From Myxococcota bacterium (GTDB taxonomy: Bacteria; Myxococcota_A; Polyangia; Polyangiales; Sandaracinaceae): a stretch of DNA of 36,352 nt. The number at the start of each line of letters is the position of its first letter. Position 1 is the first letter of the stretch. This document shows positions 24,996-35,273 of the stretch, one piece after another. The notes under the pieces were generated by a model. That model was not told the origin of the DNA and did not search any database. It saw nothing but the letters and a program-made list of their open reading frames with translations. Location: contig JAYZQJ010000010.1 in the NCBI GenBank assembly GCA_036149055.1, forward strand, positions 1 through 36,352, in the 5' to 3' direction. The translations under genes were made by a program, and so were the position numbers.

Positions 24996-26548
24996 GGTTC
25001 CTGCCCATCGTCGCGCTCGCCCTGATCGGCTGCGCCGGTTCCCGGCCGTCCCCCCGCGAGCCCTCGGTCACCGTGCGCGAACGGTCCGTCGAGAGCGTGC
25101 ACGTCGCGGCCGGGCTTCGCACCGGACCGCACGCGCTCTCGCTGGAGGAGGCCAGCCTCCTCGCATTGGAGCGACACCCGGAGCTGGCGGTGCGCCGCCT
25201 CGATCCGGCGATCGCCGCGACCTTCGAGCAGCTCGAGCGCGCCGAGTTCGGGGTCACTCTCTTCGCCGACGGTCAGTACCAGCAGGAGCTCAGCCGGGAG
25301 ACCAACCGCGCGACGATGATGCAGTTCGACGTGGAGGGCAGCCGCACGACCGCCGGGCTGGGCCTGCGCCAGAGGTTGCCGACCGGCACCACGCTGGAGA
25401 CCGCGCTCGGTCTCGGGCGGGACGAGTCGAACCGCGCGCCCGAGCAGCAGGAGGTCCGCGCGAGCCTCACGCTCACCCAGTCCCTCCTGCGTGGGCTGGA
25501 CCCCGACGTGAACCTCGCGAGCGTCCGGCAGGCGGAGCTCGAGCGGCGGGCGAGCGAGCACCAGCTCCGCGCCTTCGTCGCGGCCCTCGTGCTCGAGATG
25601 GAGCTCGCCTACTGGCAGCTCGCGCTCGCCCAGCGGAGCCTGCGCATTCACGAGGAGAGCCTGACCCTCGCCGAGCGCGAGGCGGAGGTGGCGGCCGAGC
25701 GCGTGGCGGCCGGCGACCTCGCCCCGGCCGATCTTCCGGTCACGCGAGCGCTCGTCGCTCAGCGTCGTCAGGCCCTCATCGACGCGAGGGCCGCGGCCGC
25801 TGCGTGGCGTCTTCGTCTCGGCCGCATGCTCGGCCTCGATCCCGAGTCGTCGACCCTCGAGCTCACCGACGCGATCGCGATCGAGCCTCGCCCCCTCGAC
25901 GACCCGGACGCCCACCGGGCCCTCGCCCTCAGGCTGCGGGCCGACCTCGCGGAGGCGCGCGCCCGGCTGGCGCAGAACGAGCTCGCGACCGTCGCGAGCG
26001 GGAACGGCCTCCTGCCGCGCCTCGATCTCTTCGTGCAGCTCGCGAAGACCGGCTTCGGCTCGTCCTTCGCCGAGGCGGTCGGGGCGATCGGTGCGCCCAC
26101 CTACGAGCTCACCGTGGGCCTGAGCTTCGAGCAGCTGCTGGGCAACGATGCGGCGACGGCCACTCACGAGGCGGCGCAGCTGAGACGCGAGCGAGCGGAG
26201 CGCGCGGTCGAGAACCTGGAGAGCCTCGTGTTGCTCGATGTCGGCCTGGCGCTGAACGAGCTCGCCCGGGCCCGAGCCCAGATCGAGGCGTCGCGGGAGA
26301 GCGCCGCCGAGCAGGCGCGGGTGGTGGAGGCCGAGCGCGAGCGGGTGCAGGCGGGCGAGAGCCCGCCGCTGCTCGTGGCGCAGGCGGAGCGGGACCTCGT
26401 CGCCGCGCGCATCGCCGAGATCGAAGCGCAGGTCGCCTACCGCGTCGCGCTCGTCTCGCTCTACGCGGCCGAGGGGTCCTTGCTGCCCCGGCGCGGCGTG
26501 CGTCTCCGAGGCGACGAGGCCGTGGACCTCAGCCCTTCTCGCCGATGA
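24992..26548 (+). CDS. TolC-family outer membrane efflux lipoprotein
   Basis: GTG 24992 coupled to the permease stop; lipobox [33 protein letters not shown]. Confidence 0.88.
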   Translation: MRFLPIVALALIGCAGSRPSPREPSVTVRERSVESVHVAAGLRTGPHALSLEEASLLALERHPELAVRRLDPAIAATFEQLERAEFGVTLFADGQYQQELSRETNRATMMQFDVEGSRTTAGLGLRQRLPTGTTLETALGLGRDESNRAPEQQEVRASLTLTQSLLRGLDPDVNLASVRQAELERRASEHQLRAFVAALVLEMELAYWQLALAQRSLRIHEESLTLAEREAEVAAERVAAGDLAPADLPVTRALVAQRRQALIDARAAAAAWRLRLGRMLGLDPESSTLELTDAIAIEPRPLDDPDAHRALALRLRADLAEARARLAQNELATVASGNGLLPRLDLFVQLAKTGFGSSFAEAVGAIGAPTYELTVGLSFEQLLGNDAATATHEAAQLRRERAERAVENLESLVLLDVGLALNELARARAQIEASRESAAEQARVVEAERERVQAGESPPLLVAQAERDLVAARIAEIEAQVAYRVALVSLYAAEGSLLPRRGVRLRGDEAVDLSPSRR

Positions 26549-27422
26549 GCTGCTCTCGGTAGGCCATCAGGCGCTCGCGCACGTCGTCGTCGACCTCGGG
26601 GTACTTGGGCGACATCTTCTCGAGCGTCTCGACGATGATCTTGGCGACCTCGAGCCGCATGAACGGCTTCTCGTCGGCGGGGATCGCGAACCACGGCGCC
26701 CACGGGCGGCTCGTCTGGTTCAGCGCGTCTTCGTAGGCCTCCATGTAGCTGTCCCAGTGGCCGCGCTCCGAGACGTCGCCCGGGTTGAACTTCCAGTTCG
26801 ACTCGGGCTCGTCGATGCGGTCGAGGAAGCGGCTCCGCTGCTCCTCCTTGGACACGTTGAGCCAGAACTTGAGGATCACCGTGCCCGAGCGCGCGAGGTG
26901 CCGCTCGAAGGCGCGGATGGACTCGAAGCGATCCTGCCAGAGCTGCTCGAGCGCGAACTCGCCCGGCAGCTTCTGCGCCTTGAGGTAGTCCGGGTGCACG
27001 CGCACCACGAGGACCTCCTCGTAGTGGCTGCGGTTGAAGATGCCGATGCGACCGCGCTCGGGCAGCCGGCGGTTGATGCGCCAGAGGAAGTCGTGGTCGA
27101 GCTCCTCCTCGCTGGGCTTCTTGAACGAGTAGACCTGGCAGCCGGCCGGGTTCACCCCGCTCATCACCGCCCGGATGGTGCCGTCCTTGCCCGCCGCGTC
27201 CATCGCCTGGAAGACGAGCAGCAGCGACCACGAGTCGTCCGCATACATCGCGCGCTGCAGGTCGCGCATGCGCTCGATGAGCTCCTTCAGCTCCTTCTTG
27301 TGCCGCTTCTTCTTGCCCTGCTCGTCCTCGGGGGGCGCGGTCGGCGTCTTGGCGACGCGGAAGCTCCCGTCGAAGTGCACGCGGTACGGGCTGTCGATCG
27401 GCTCGAGGTATCGCTCGCTCAT
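26529..27422 (-). CDS. ppk2: Polyphosphate kinase 2 family protein (class III-like)
   Basis: Walker [45 protein letters not shown]. Confidence 0.95.
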   Translation of the reverse strand: MSERYLEPIDSPYRVHFDGSFRVAKTPTAPPEDEQGKKKRHKKELKELIERMRDLQRAMYADDSWSLLLVFQAMDAAGKDGTIRAVMSGVNPAGCQVYSFKKPSEEELDHDFLWRINRRLPERGRIGIFNRSHYEEVLVVRVHPDYLKAQKLPGEFALEQLWQDRFESIRAFERHLARSGTVILKFWLNVSKEEQRSRFLDRIDEPESNWKFNPGDVSERGHWDSYMEAYEDALNQTSRPWAPWFAIPADEKPFMRLEVAKIIVETLEKMSPKYPEVDDDVRERLMAYREQLIGEKG

Positions 27423-27435
27423 CCGCGCGAGAGTA

Positions 27436-28578
27436 TCACCGCGGCGCGACTTCTCTGAGGGCGGCGACCGCGCGGTCGATCTCCGCGTCCGTGACGTAGG
27501 GCGCGGGGCCGAAGCGCAGCATCCGGCCGCGCGCGTCGGTGTGCACCCCGCGCGCCTTCAGGGCCTCCACCACGCCGCTCGCGTCGTCGAGGGCGACGGT
27601 GACGAAGCCCCCGCGGCGCGCGCCCTCGCGGGGGGTGCGGACGTCGTACCCCTCGAGCCCGTCGATGAGCCGCGCGGTCTGCCGCTGGTAGCTCGCGCGC
27701 AGCGCCTCGACCGTCATGCCCTGGGCCTCGAAGAAGCGGATCACCGCTCGCGCCCGGTAGTGGCTGACCGGGTCGTAGGTGCTGCCGGCGAAGCGGTCGG
27801 CGGGGCGCGCGCCGTAGGTGACCTCGCCACCGCGCGGCGCGGCCAGGTTGGCGAAGTCGGAGAACCAGCCGGTGTAGACCGGCCGGAGCGTGGTCGCGCG
27901 CGGCACGCGGAGGAAACACGTCGCCTCGCCCCACTGCGCGTACTTGTAGCCCCCCGAGGTCACCCACACGTCCTCGGGCACCGAGAACGGGAGGTTCATG
28001 AAGGAGTGGTAGGCGTCGACCAGCGCCTCCGCGCCGACCCGTCGCGCGGCCTCGAACGCCGCGTCGAGGTGCGGCACCACCGACGAGGTCTCGAAGAGCA
28101 CGTTCGAGCACATCACCGCCGCCGTGTCCTCGCGCACCGCCGCCGCCAGCCGCTCGGCGAGGCTGTCGAGCGGATCCGGGTCGACCCACGTCACCTCGAG
28201 CCCCTCCTCCGCCAGCCGCGAGAGCTGCCGGTAGAGGCTGTGGAACTCGCCCGCGGTGGTCACCACGTGCCGCCGCCTCTTCCAGTCCAGCGCGCTGAGG
28301 AAGCGGGTCAACAGCTCGTGCGTGTTCTGCCCGAGCGCGATCTCGTCCGGCGCGGCCCCGATGACCTCGGCCACGCACGCCCGCACCGCGTCGGCCGCCT
28401 CGAAGGCTCGCCCCCACTTGTCGTCGATCAGCGCCGCCGCGTCGTCGAACGCCTCGAGCACGCCCTCCCGCGCGGCGTCGGGCCACGCCTGGTGCGAGTG
28501 CCCGGTCAGGAGCGAGTGACCCTCCTTGTCGCGGAGGAAGCGAGCGTAGTGCGGCCGGAGCGAGTCGGGTTGGAGCAT
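27436..28578 (-). CDS. kynU: Kynureninase-like PLP enzyme (aminotransferase class V)
   Basis: LTGHSHQAWPD, EFHS, VDAYHS, GGYKYAQWG (PLP Lys), LRPVYTGWF, DARG..LRFGPAPY. Confidence 0.8.
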   Translation of the reverse strand: MLQPDSLRPHYARFLRDKEGHSLLTGHSHQAWPDAAREGVLEAFDDAAALIDDKWGRAFEAADAVRACVAEVIGAAPDEIALGQNTHELLTRFLSALDWKRRRHVVTTAGEFHSLYRQLSRLAEEGLEVTWVDPDPLDSLAERLAAAVREDTAAVMCSNVLFETSSVVPHLDAAFEAARRVGAEALVDAYHSFMNLPFSVPEDVWVTSGGYKYAQWGEATCFLRVPRATTLRPVYTGWFSDFANLAAPRGGEVTYGARPADRFAGSTYDPVSHYRARAVIRFFEAQGMTVEALRASYQRQTARLIDGLEGYDVRTPREGARRGGFVTVALDDASGVVEALKARGVHTDARGRMLRFGPAPYVTDAEIDRAVAALREVAPR

Positions 28579-28580
28579 GC

Positions 28581-28764
28581 GTCGAAAATCTAGCAGCGCG
28601 CGGCGAATATGCGCGTGATGGATCGGCGAGTGCGACGTCGCGTCCAGCGCGGCGGGCCGACGACGAAGTGCTTCAGCACTTCGGAGGAGCGACTGGCGCG
28701 CTGGGCGCGGCGTCCCGCCGGCGAGGCGCGCGCAGTCATCTTCGCCGCGCGCTGCTGGGTCGAC
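28581..28764 (+). ncRNA. Candidate structured RNA or long palindromic element (~184-nt rod)
   Basis: Nested stems: 28592-28607/28741-28756 (16 bp perfect), 28610-28617/28727-28734, 28623-28628/28716-28721, 28634-28651/28697-28714 (18 bp), 28664-28671/28676-28683. Six non-Watson-Crick pairs are G-U on the + strand. Confidence 0.45.
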
Positions 28765-28797
28765 TCGGCCCTGCTGCGCCAGACTCGCCTGACGCGA

Positions 28798-28829
28798 CGA
28801 GGCCGCGCCAGGGTTCCGGCGCGGCCTCG
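28798..28829. repeat. 12-bp inverted repeat hairpin
   Basis: CGAGGCCGCGCC-agggttcc-GGCGCGGCCTCG. Confidence 0.6.
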
Positions 28830-28843
28830 GTTCGAGCTCGGCA

Positions 28844-28875
28844 GGGGAGGAGCGGGGGCGACCCGCTCCTGCCCC
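28844..28875 (-). terminator. Hairpin immediately downstream of the Cys-rich lipoprotein gene (terminator or stabiliser, no U-tract)
   Basis: AGGAGCGGG-ggcga-CCCGCTCCT, extended by GGGG/CCCC, ending 5 nt from the stop at 28881. Confidence 0.55.
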
Positions 28876-28880
28876 GAGAG

Positions 28881-29852
28881 TCACCTGCAGACGCCGTCGA
28901 CGCAGTCCTGACCGCTCATGCACTCCGCGGCGGAGCCGCAGTCGCTGGTCGCCTCGTTGGTGGTGGCGCAGAGGCCGTCGAGGCAGAAGGTGAGGCTCAC
29001 GTCGAAGCGCGGGCACTCGTCGTGGCTCTCGCAGGGCGAGCGGCACGCGCCGTTCCGGCAGACCGAGCCCGCCATGCAGTCGGCGTCGCTCGAGCAGAAC
29101 GGGTTGGGGCGGTCGTCGACCCGGCAGCGGCCGAAGTAGCAGTAGTTGCCCTCGCCGCACTCGGCGTCGGCGGAGCAGCCCTCGTAGCAGGTGCCGTCGA
29201 GGCAGATCTCACCCGCCGCGCACTCGCTGTTGTCCGAGCACTCGCCGGGGGTCGGCGGCTCCTGCCGGCAGAAGCCGGCCTCGCACACCTGGCCGGTGGG
29301 GCAGGGGTTGTCCATGCCGCAGCCGGTCGTGCAGCGCTCGTTCACGCAGACGCGGCCCTCACCGCACTCCGTGTTGAACTGGCAGGTGTTCGCCTCGTCG
29401 CGGCACTCGCCGTCGAGGCAGACCTGACCCGCGGCGCAGTCGGCGTCGGCCATGCACGCGTTGGGCTCCTCTCGCGGCGTACAGACGCCGTCGAGGCAGA
29501 CCAGGTCGGCGTCGCAGTCGCCGTTGCTCATGCAGGTGCCCGGGTTCGGGTTCGGGTTGGGCTCGGTGGGCGCGACGCAGTACGAGTCGCGGCAGATCGT
29601 GCCCATCGCGCAGTCGTCGTCGCTGGCGCAGCCGAACGCGGTGCAGCCGAGATCGGTGCAGATCTCGCCCTCCGCGCACTCGAAGTCCCCGCGGCACGCG
29701 GGGCGGTCCGGCGGGTCGACCTCACGACAGCCGACGCCGTCGCAGAAGTAGCAGCCGGAGTCGTCGCAGTAATAGTCCTCGCCCGCGCAGCCGGTGAAGG
29801 CCATCAGCGCAGCAGCCAGGAAGGGAATGATCGCCAAGCGTCGATCGCTCAC
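28881..29852 (-). CDS. Cys-rich repeat lipoprotein
   Basis: Lipobox FTGC; eleven units of C-x5-C-x5-C-x4-C (one with an insertion); PNPNPNP linker. Confidence 0.85.
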   Translation of the reverse strand: MSDRRLAIIPFLAAALMAFTGCAGEDYYCDDSGCYFCDGVGCREVDPPDRPACRGDFECAEGEICTDLGCTAFGCASDDDCAMGTICRDSYCVAPTEPNPNPNPGTCMSNGDCDADLVCLDGVCTPREEPNACMADADCAAGQVCLDGECRDEANTCQFNTECGEGRVCVNERCTTGCGMDNPCPTGQVCEAGFCRQEPPTPGECSDNSECAAGEICLDGTCYEGCSADAECGEGNYCYFGRCRVDDRPNPFCSSDADCMAGSVCRNGACRSPCESHDECPRFDVSLTFCLDGLCATTNEATSDCGSAAECMSGQDCVDGVCR

Positions 29853-30055
29853 GGGACACCTTTCTCTCGCCCCCCGAGGGTGGGGCGAGTCGGCCTCATG
29901 TGTAACAGGATCCGTACCAACCGCTCCACGGCCACGGATCGCGCGCGATTCCTCCGAACCGTCAACCGGCGTTCACGCCCCGGGCCGGCGCGCCGTGAAC
30001 GGGTCGGCACAGGCGAAACCGGGTGATTTCGGTGAGATCGGGTAGGATGCGCCGC

Positions 30056-30682
30056 GTGAGGCTCTGGATCTGCGGTGCGCTGGTTCTGCTCGGCTGTGGC
30101 GGCGGTCCCCCGGTGCGCGGGCCCTCACCGTCGATCGAGAGCTACGCGGGCGCGCTCCAGCGGGGCGACGCGGACCGCGCCTGGGCCCTGCTCGACGAGG
30201 ACGCGCGGCGCGGCCGGAGCGAGGCCGAGCACGCGGCGCTGCTGGCGGCCAACGAGGCCGAGCTCCGGGAGCAGGGCGAGGCCCTGAGCCGCGCGGCCGG
30301 CACCGACGCGGTCGAGGCGCGGGCCCGGGTCCCGCTCCAGAGCGGCGAGACGGTGGTGCTGGTGCTCGAGGACGGGCGCTGGCGGATCGACGGCGGGGTG
30401 CTCGACGCGGCCGGCCTCGGCACTCCGCTCGACGCGGTCGCCGCCTTCCGGCGCGCGCTGATGCGCCGCGACCTCGCCGGCATCGAGCGGGTGCTCAGCC
30501 GCCAGACCCGCGCCGAGTGGGAGGAGGAGCTCCGCCGCGTGCTCGAGGCGACCGAGGACGCCGACGACCTCGAGGTCGAGATCCAGGGCAACCGCGCCCG
30601 CGTCCGCACGACGGGCGGCGGCACCATCGAGCTCGTGCGCGAGTCCGGCGAGTGGCGCGTCGTCGACGTCGTCGGGCCCTGA
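30056..30682 (+). CDS. Lipoprotein with two tandem NTF2-like (DUF4878/DUF4440-type) domains
   Basis: Lipobox LLGC. Repeat 1 YAGALQRGDADRAWALL...LVLEDGRWRID; repeat 2 FRRALMRRDLAGIERVL...LVRESGEWRVV. Start GTG 30056 or ATG 30047. Confidence 0.75.
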   Translation: MRLWICGALVLLGCGGGPPVRGPSPSIESYAGALQRGDADRAWALLDEDARRGRSEAEHAALLAANEAELREQGEALSRAAGTDAVEARARVPLQSGETVVLVLEDGRWRIDGGVLDAAGLGTPLDAVAAFRRALMRRDLAGIERVLSRQTRAEWEEELRRVLEATEDADDLEVEIQGNRARVRTTGGGTIELVRESGEWRVVDVVGP

Positions 30683-30701
30683 GATCCGGGGCCGCCAATT
30701 G

Positions 30702-30735
30702 CGAGAGCCGAGGCCCCCGAGGACCTCGGCTCTCG
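30702..30735. terminator. Hairpin between convergent genes (likely bidirectional terminator)
   Basis: CGAGAGCCGAGG-N10-CCTCGGCTCTCG, a 12-bp stem between the stops at 30682 and 30755. Confidence 0.65.
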
Positions 30736-30754
30736 TCCGACCCGTCGGGTCAGC

Positions 30755-33154
<2,400 letters not shown>

Positions 33155-33277
33155 CGATGTCCCTCCCATGACCGCACCGAACACGGTCGCGTCCCAGCCT
33201 ACGGAGACGGTCCCCGGACTTCGATGCCCTCCCCGTGACTTCGTGCGACACCTCACGCCGTGCCTACCTCTCGTGCG

Positions 33278-33490
33278 ATGCATCCGTCCGAGGCCACCCG
33301 GGAGCTGCGCTGCGCGAAGTGCGGCGTGCACGTCACCACATCGGGAGACCGCGTCTTCCCGTTCGGAGAGCAGTCCGTGCTCTGCTTCGACTGCGCCGTG
33401 GGGAGCGGCGGCGTGCACGACGAGGCCGCCGGCAAGTGGACCCGCCCGCCGGACGTGGAGGACTTGCTCGCGCTGGAGCGGGACCCGTAG
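33278..33490 (+). CDS. Small putative zinc-binding protein (CxxC-x20-CxxC)
   Basis: 70 aa; CAKC...LCFDC..GGVHDE..W..PPDV; GC-ending codons; fills the gap upstream of the hydrolase. Confidence 0.6.
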   Translation: MHPSEATRELRCAKCGVHVTTSGDRVFPFGEQSVLCFDCAVGSGGVHDEAAGKWTRPPDVEDLLALERDP

Positions 33491-33500
33491 AAGAGCGCCC

Positions 33501-34502
33501 GTGCAGGTGCATCACGAGCCTCCGCCCGGGGCCGAAGGGGCGCCCGGATGGGCCGCGGCGCGCTTCGACGCGGCGGGCATCCGGGAGGTCTGGATCGCGG
33601 GTCACGCCCGCCTCGACGAGCCGTCGCCGGTCACCCTCGAGACGCGCTTCCGCTGGTTCTCGATCACCAAGCTGCTGACCGCGACCCTGGTGATGCGGGC
33701 GGCCGAGCGGGGGCTGCTCTCCATCGACGATCCGGTGTCGCGACACGCCATCTCGCCGAGCCCGTCGCCGACCGTCCGCGCGCTCCTCTCGCACACGGGC
33801 GGGGTGGCGAGCCCGAGCCCGATCCGATGGGCGCACCGGCCGGGCGCGCGTCTCCGGGACGGCCCCACGCTCACCCGAAGCCTCGTGCAGCGCCACCCGG
33901 AGACCCGGCGCGACGGCCGGGCGCGCTACACGAACCTCGGCTATCTCCTGCTCGCGCGCGTGCTCGAGGGGGCGGTGGGGGAGCCCTTCGAGGCGCAGGC
34001 CGAGGCGCTCGTCGCCGAGCTGGGGCTCGCGCGCACCGGCTTCGATCCGGCCGACGCCGCCCGCGGTCACGAGGCCCAGGCGTCGCTCCGCACGGCGGTG
34101 ATGGCGCTGCTCTTCCTGCCCCGCACCCCGCGGCTCGTCGCCTACCGCCGCGAGGGCTGGGTCGGCCTCGTGCCCTACGCGATCGAGGGCGCGGCCTACG
34201 GCGGCCTCGTCGGATCGATCGGCGACCTCGCGCGCCTCGGCCAGCTCTTCCTGCGCGACGGGGACGGGGTGCTGCGCCCGGAGACCGTGACCGAGATGCT
34301 CGCGCTGCACGGGGAGGGCGGCGAGGCGCCGTTCGGGCTCGGCTTCTGGCACGACGGGAGCTGGCGAGGCCACGCCGGCGAGGCGGGCGGCTACCGGAGC
34401 GAGCTGTGGATCGAGCCGGAGCGAGGGGTGGGCGTCGCCGCGCTCGCCAACGGCGGCGACGCGAAGCTCTCCCGGGTCGTGGAGCGGCTCAGGGGAGGCT
34501 GA
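33501..34502 (+). CDS. Serine hydrolase, beta-lactamase/AmpC-like family
   Basis: FSITK (SxxK), LLSHTGG, YTN (YxN), LG, HAG; no obvious signal peptide. Confidence 0.88.
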   Translation: MQVHHEPPPGAEGAPGWAAARFDAAGIREVWIAGHARLDEPSPVTLETRFRWFSITKLLTATLVMRAAERGLLSIDDPVSRHAISPSPSPTVRALLSHTGGVASPSPIRWAHRPGARLRDGPTLTRSLVQRHPETRRDGRARYTNLGYLLLARVLEGAVGEPFEAQAEALVAELGLARTGFDPADAARGHEAQASLRTAVMALLFLPRTPRLVAYRREGWVGLVPYAIEGAAYGGLVGSIGDLARLGQLFLRDGDGVLRPETVTEMLALHGEGGEAPFGLGFWHDGSWRGHAGEAGGYRSELWIEPERGVGVAALANGGDAKLSRVVERLRGG

Positions 34503-35202
34503 CGCCGAGCGCGGCCAGCTCCTCCTCGGCGGCCGCGGCCCAGCCGCGGTTGGCCTTGGGCGAGGCGGGCGACGGGTGCAGGACGCGCCCGATCTCCGGG
34601 CCGTCGTCCCCGAGGATGGCGCGGGCCCGATCCTCGGCGAACTTCCCCACGCCGATCACGCGCTCCGGCGCGAGCGCCTCGATCGACGCGCGCACCGCCT
34701 CGTCACAGGCCGCGAAGAGGGGCTCGCGCTCCTCGGCCGGGAGCTTCTCGGGCACGCGGTTGCGGCCGCTCTCCTCCATGAAGACGAGCGGGCAGTAGTT
34801 GATGACGAAGAAGCGGGCGAAGAAGTCGTCGGCGCTGCCGAAGCGCTCCTTCGCCCAGCCCCAGAGGCGGCTCCCGCTGACCTCGCTGCGCGGCGAGTCG
34901 AGGCCCACGATCGGGCGCTTCGGGTGCTCCTTCGGCGGCTTGCCGACCTCGCCCTCGAGGCCCATCCACTCGCGGACGAAGGTCGGATCCCCGAAGGGCA
35001 CGCCGGTCTGCGCCATGCCGAACGGCCCCGGGTTCATGCCCAGCAGCACGATCTCCTTGGTCCCCCGGCCGTAGCGCTCGAGGAAGGCCTCGTGCGGCGC
35101 GCGCGCGTAGGCGAGCGGGTTGTAGACGTGGGCCACCGGCGGGGCGAACTCGAGCGCGTCGACGGCGTCGGAGAGGGCTCGGCTGATCTCGATCAGGCGC
35201 AT
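34489..35202 (-). CDS. smug1: SMUG1-type single-strand-selective uracil-DNA glycosylase (UDG family 3)
   Basis: VYNPLAYA, LGMNPGPFGMAQTGVPFG, SEVSGSRLW, NYCPL, HPSPASP. Confidence 0.93.
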   Translation of the reverse strand: MRLIEISRALSDAVDALEFAPPVAHVYNPLAYARAPHEAFLERYGRGTKEIVLLGMNPGPFGMAQTGVPFGDPTFVREWMGLEGEVGKPPKEHPKRPIVGLDSPRSEVSGSRLWGWAKERFGSADDFFARFFVINYCPLVFMEESGRNRVPEKLPAEEREPLFAACDEAVRASIEALAPERVIGVGKFAEDRARAILGDDGPEIGRVLHPSPASPKANRGWAAAAEEELAALGVSLP

Positions 35203-35273
35203 GGCGGAGAGATAGCACGAGGTCACATGCAACCACGTTGCAGGAGCACTCGGACTGTGCTCAGCTCCGCCCC

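Noticed and set aside
28581..28764. SRP RNA, tRNA or riboswitch identity for the rod
   Set aside because: No SRP domain IV GGAA-loop motif and no cloverleaf or T-loop. G-U polarity favours the strand opposite to kynU, and kynU looks leaderless, which argues against a cis riboswitch.
28609..28911. 100-aa + strand ORF over the structured intergenic region
   Set aside because: Arg-rich, no motif, atypical codons; the region is better explained by nested inverted repeats.
28579..29160. N-terminal extension of the kynureninase ORF to 574 aa
   Set aside because: The extension overlaps the Cys-rich gene in another frame and the hairpin region; family similarity and a -10 motif support ATG 28578.
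29971..30000. GTTCACG-N16-CGTGAAC inverted repeat in the divergent promoter region
   Set aside because: Only 7-bp arms with a long spacer; it could be an operator but is not distinguishable from chance here.
33501..34502. Bona fide beta-lactam resistance gene
   Set aside because: SxxK/YxN/HxG motifs are shared by many esterases and peptidases; there is no signal peptide or KTG motif, so resistance cannot be claimed.
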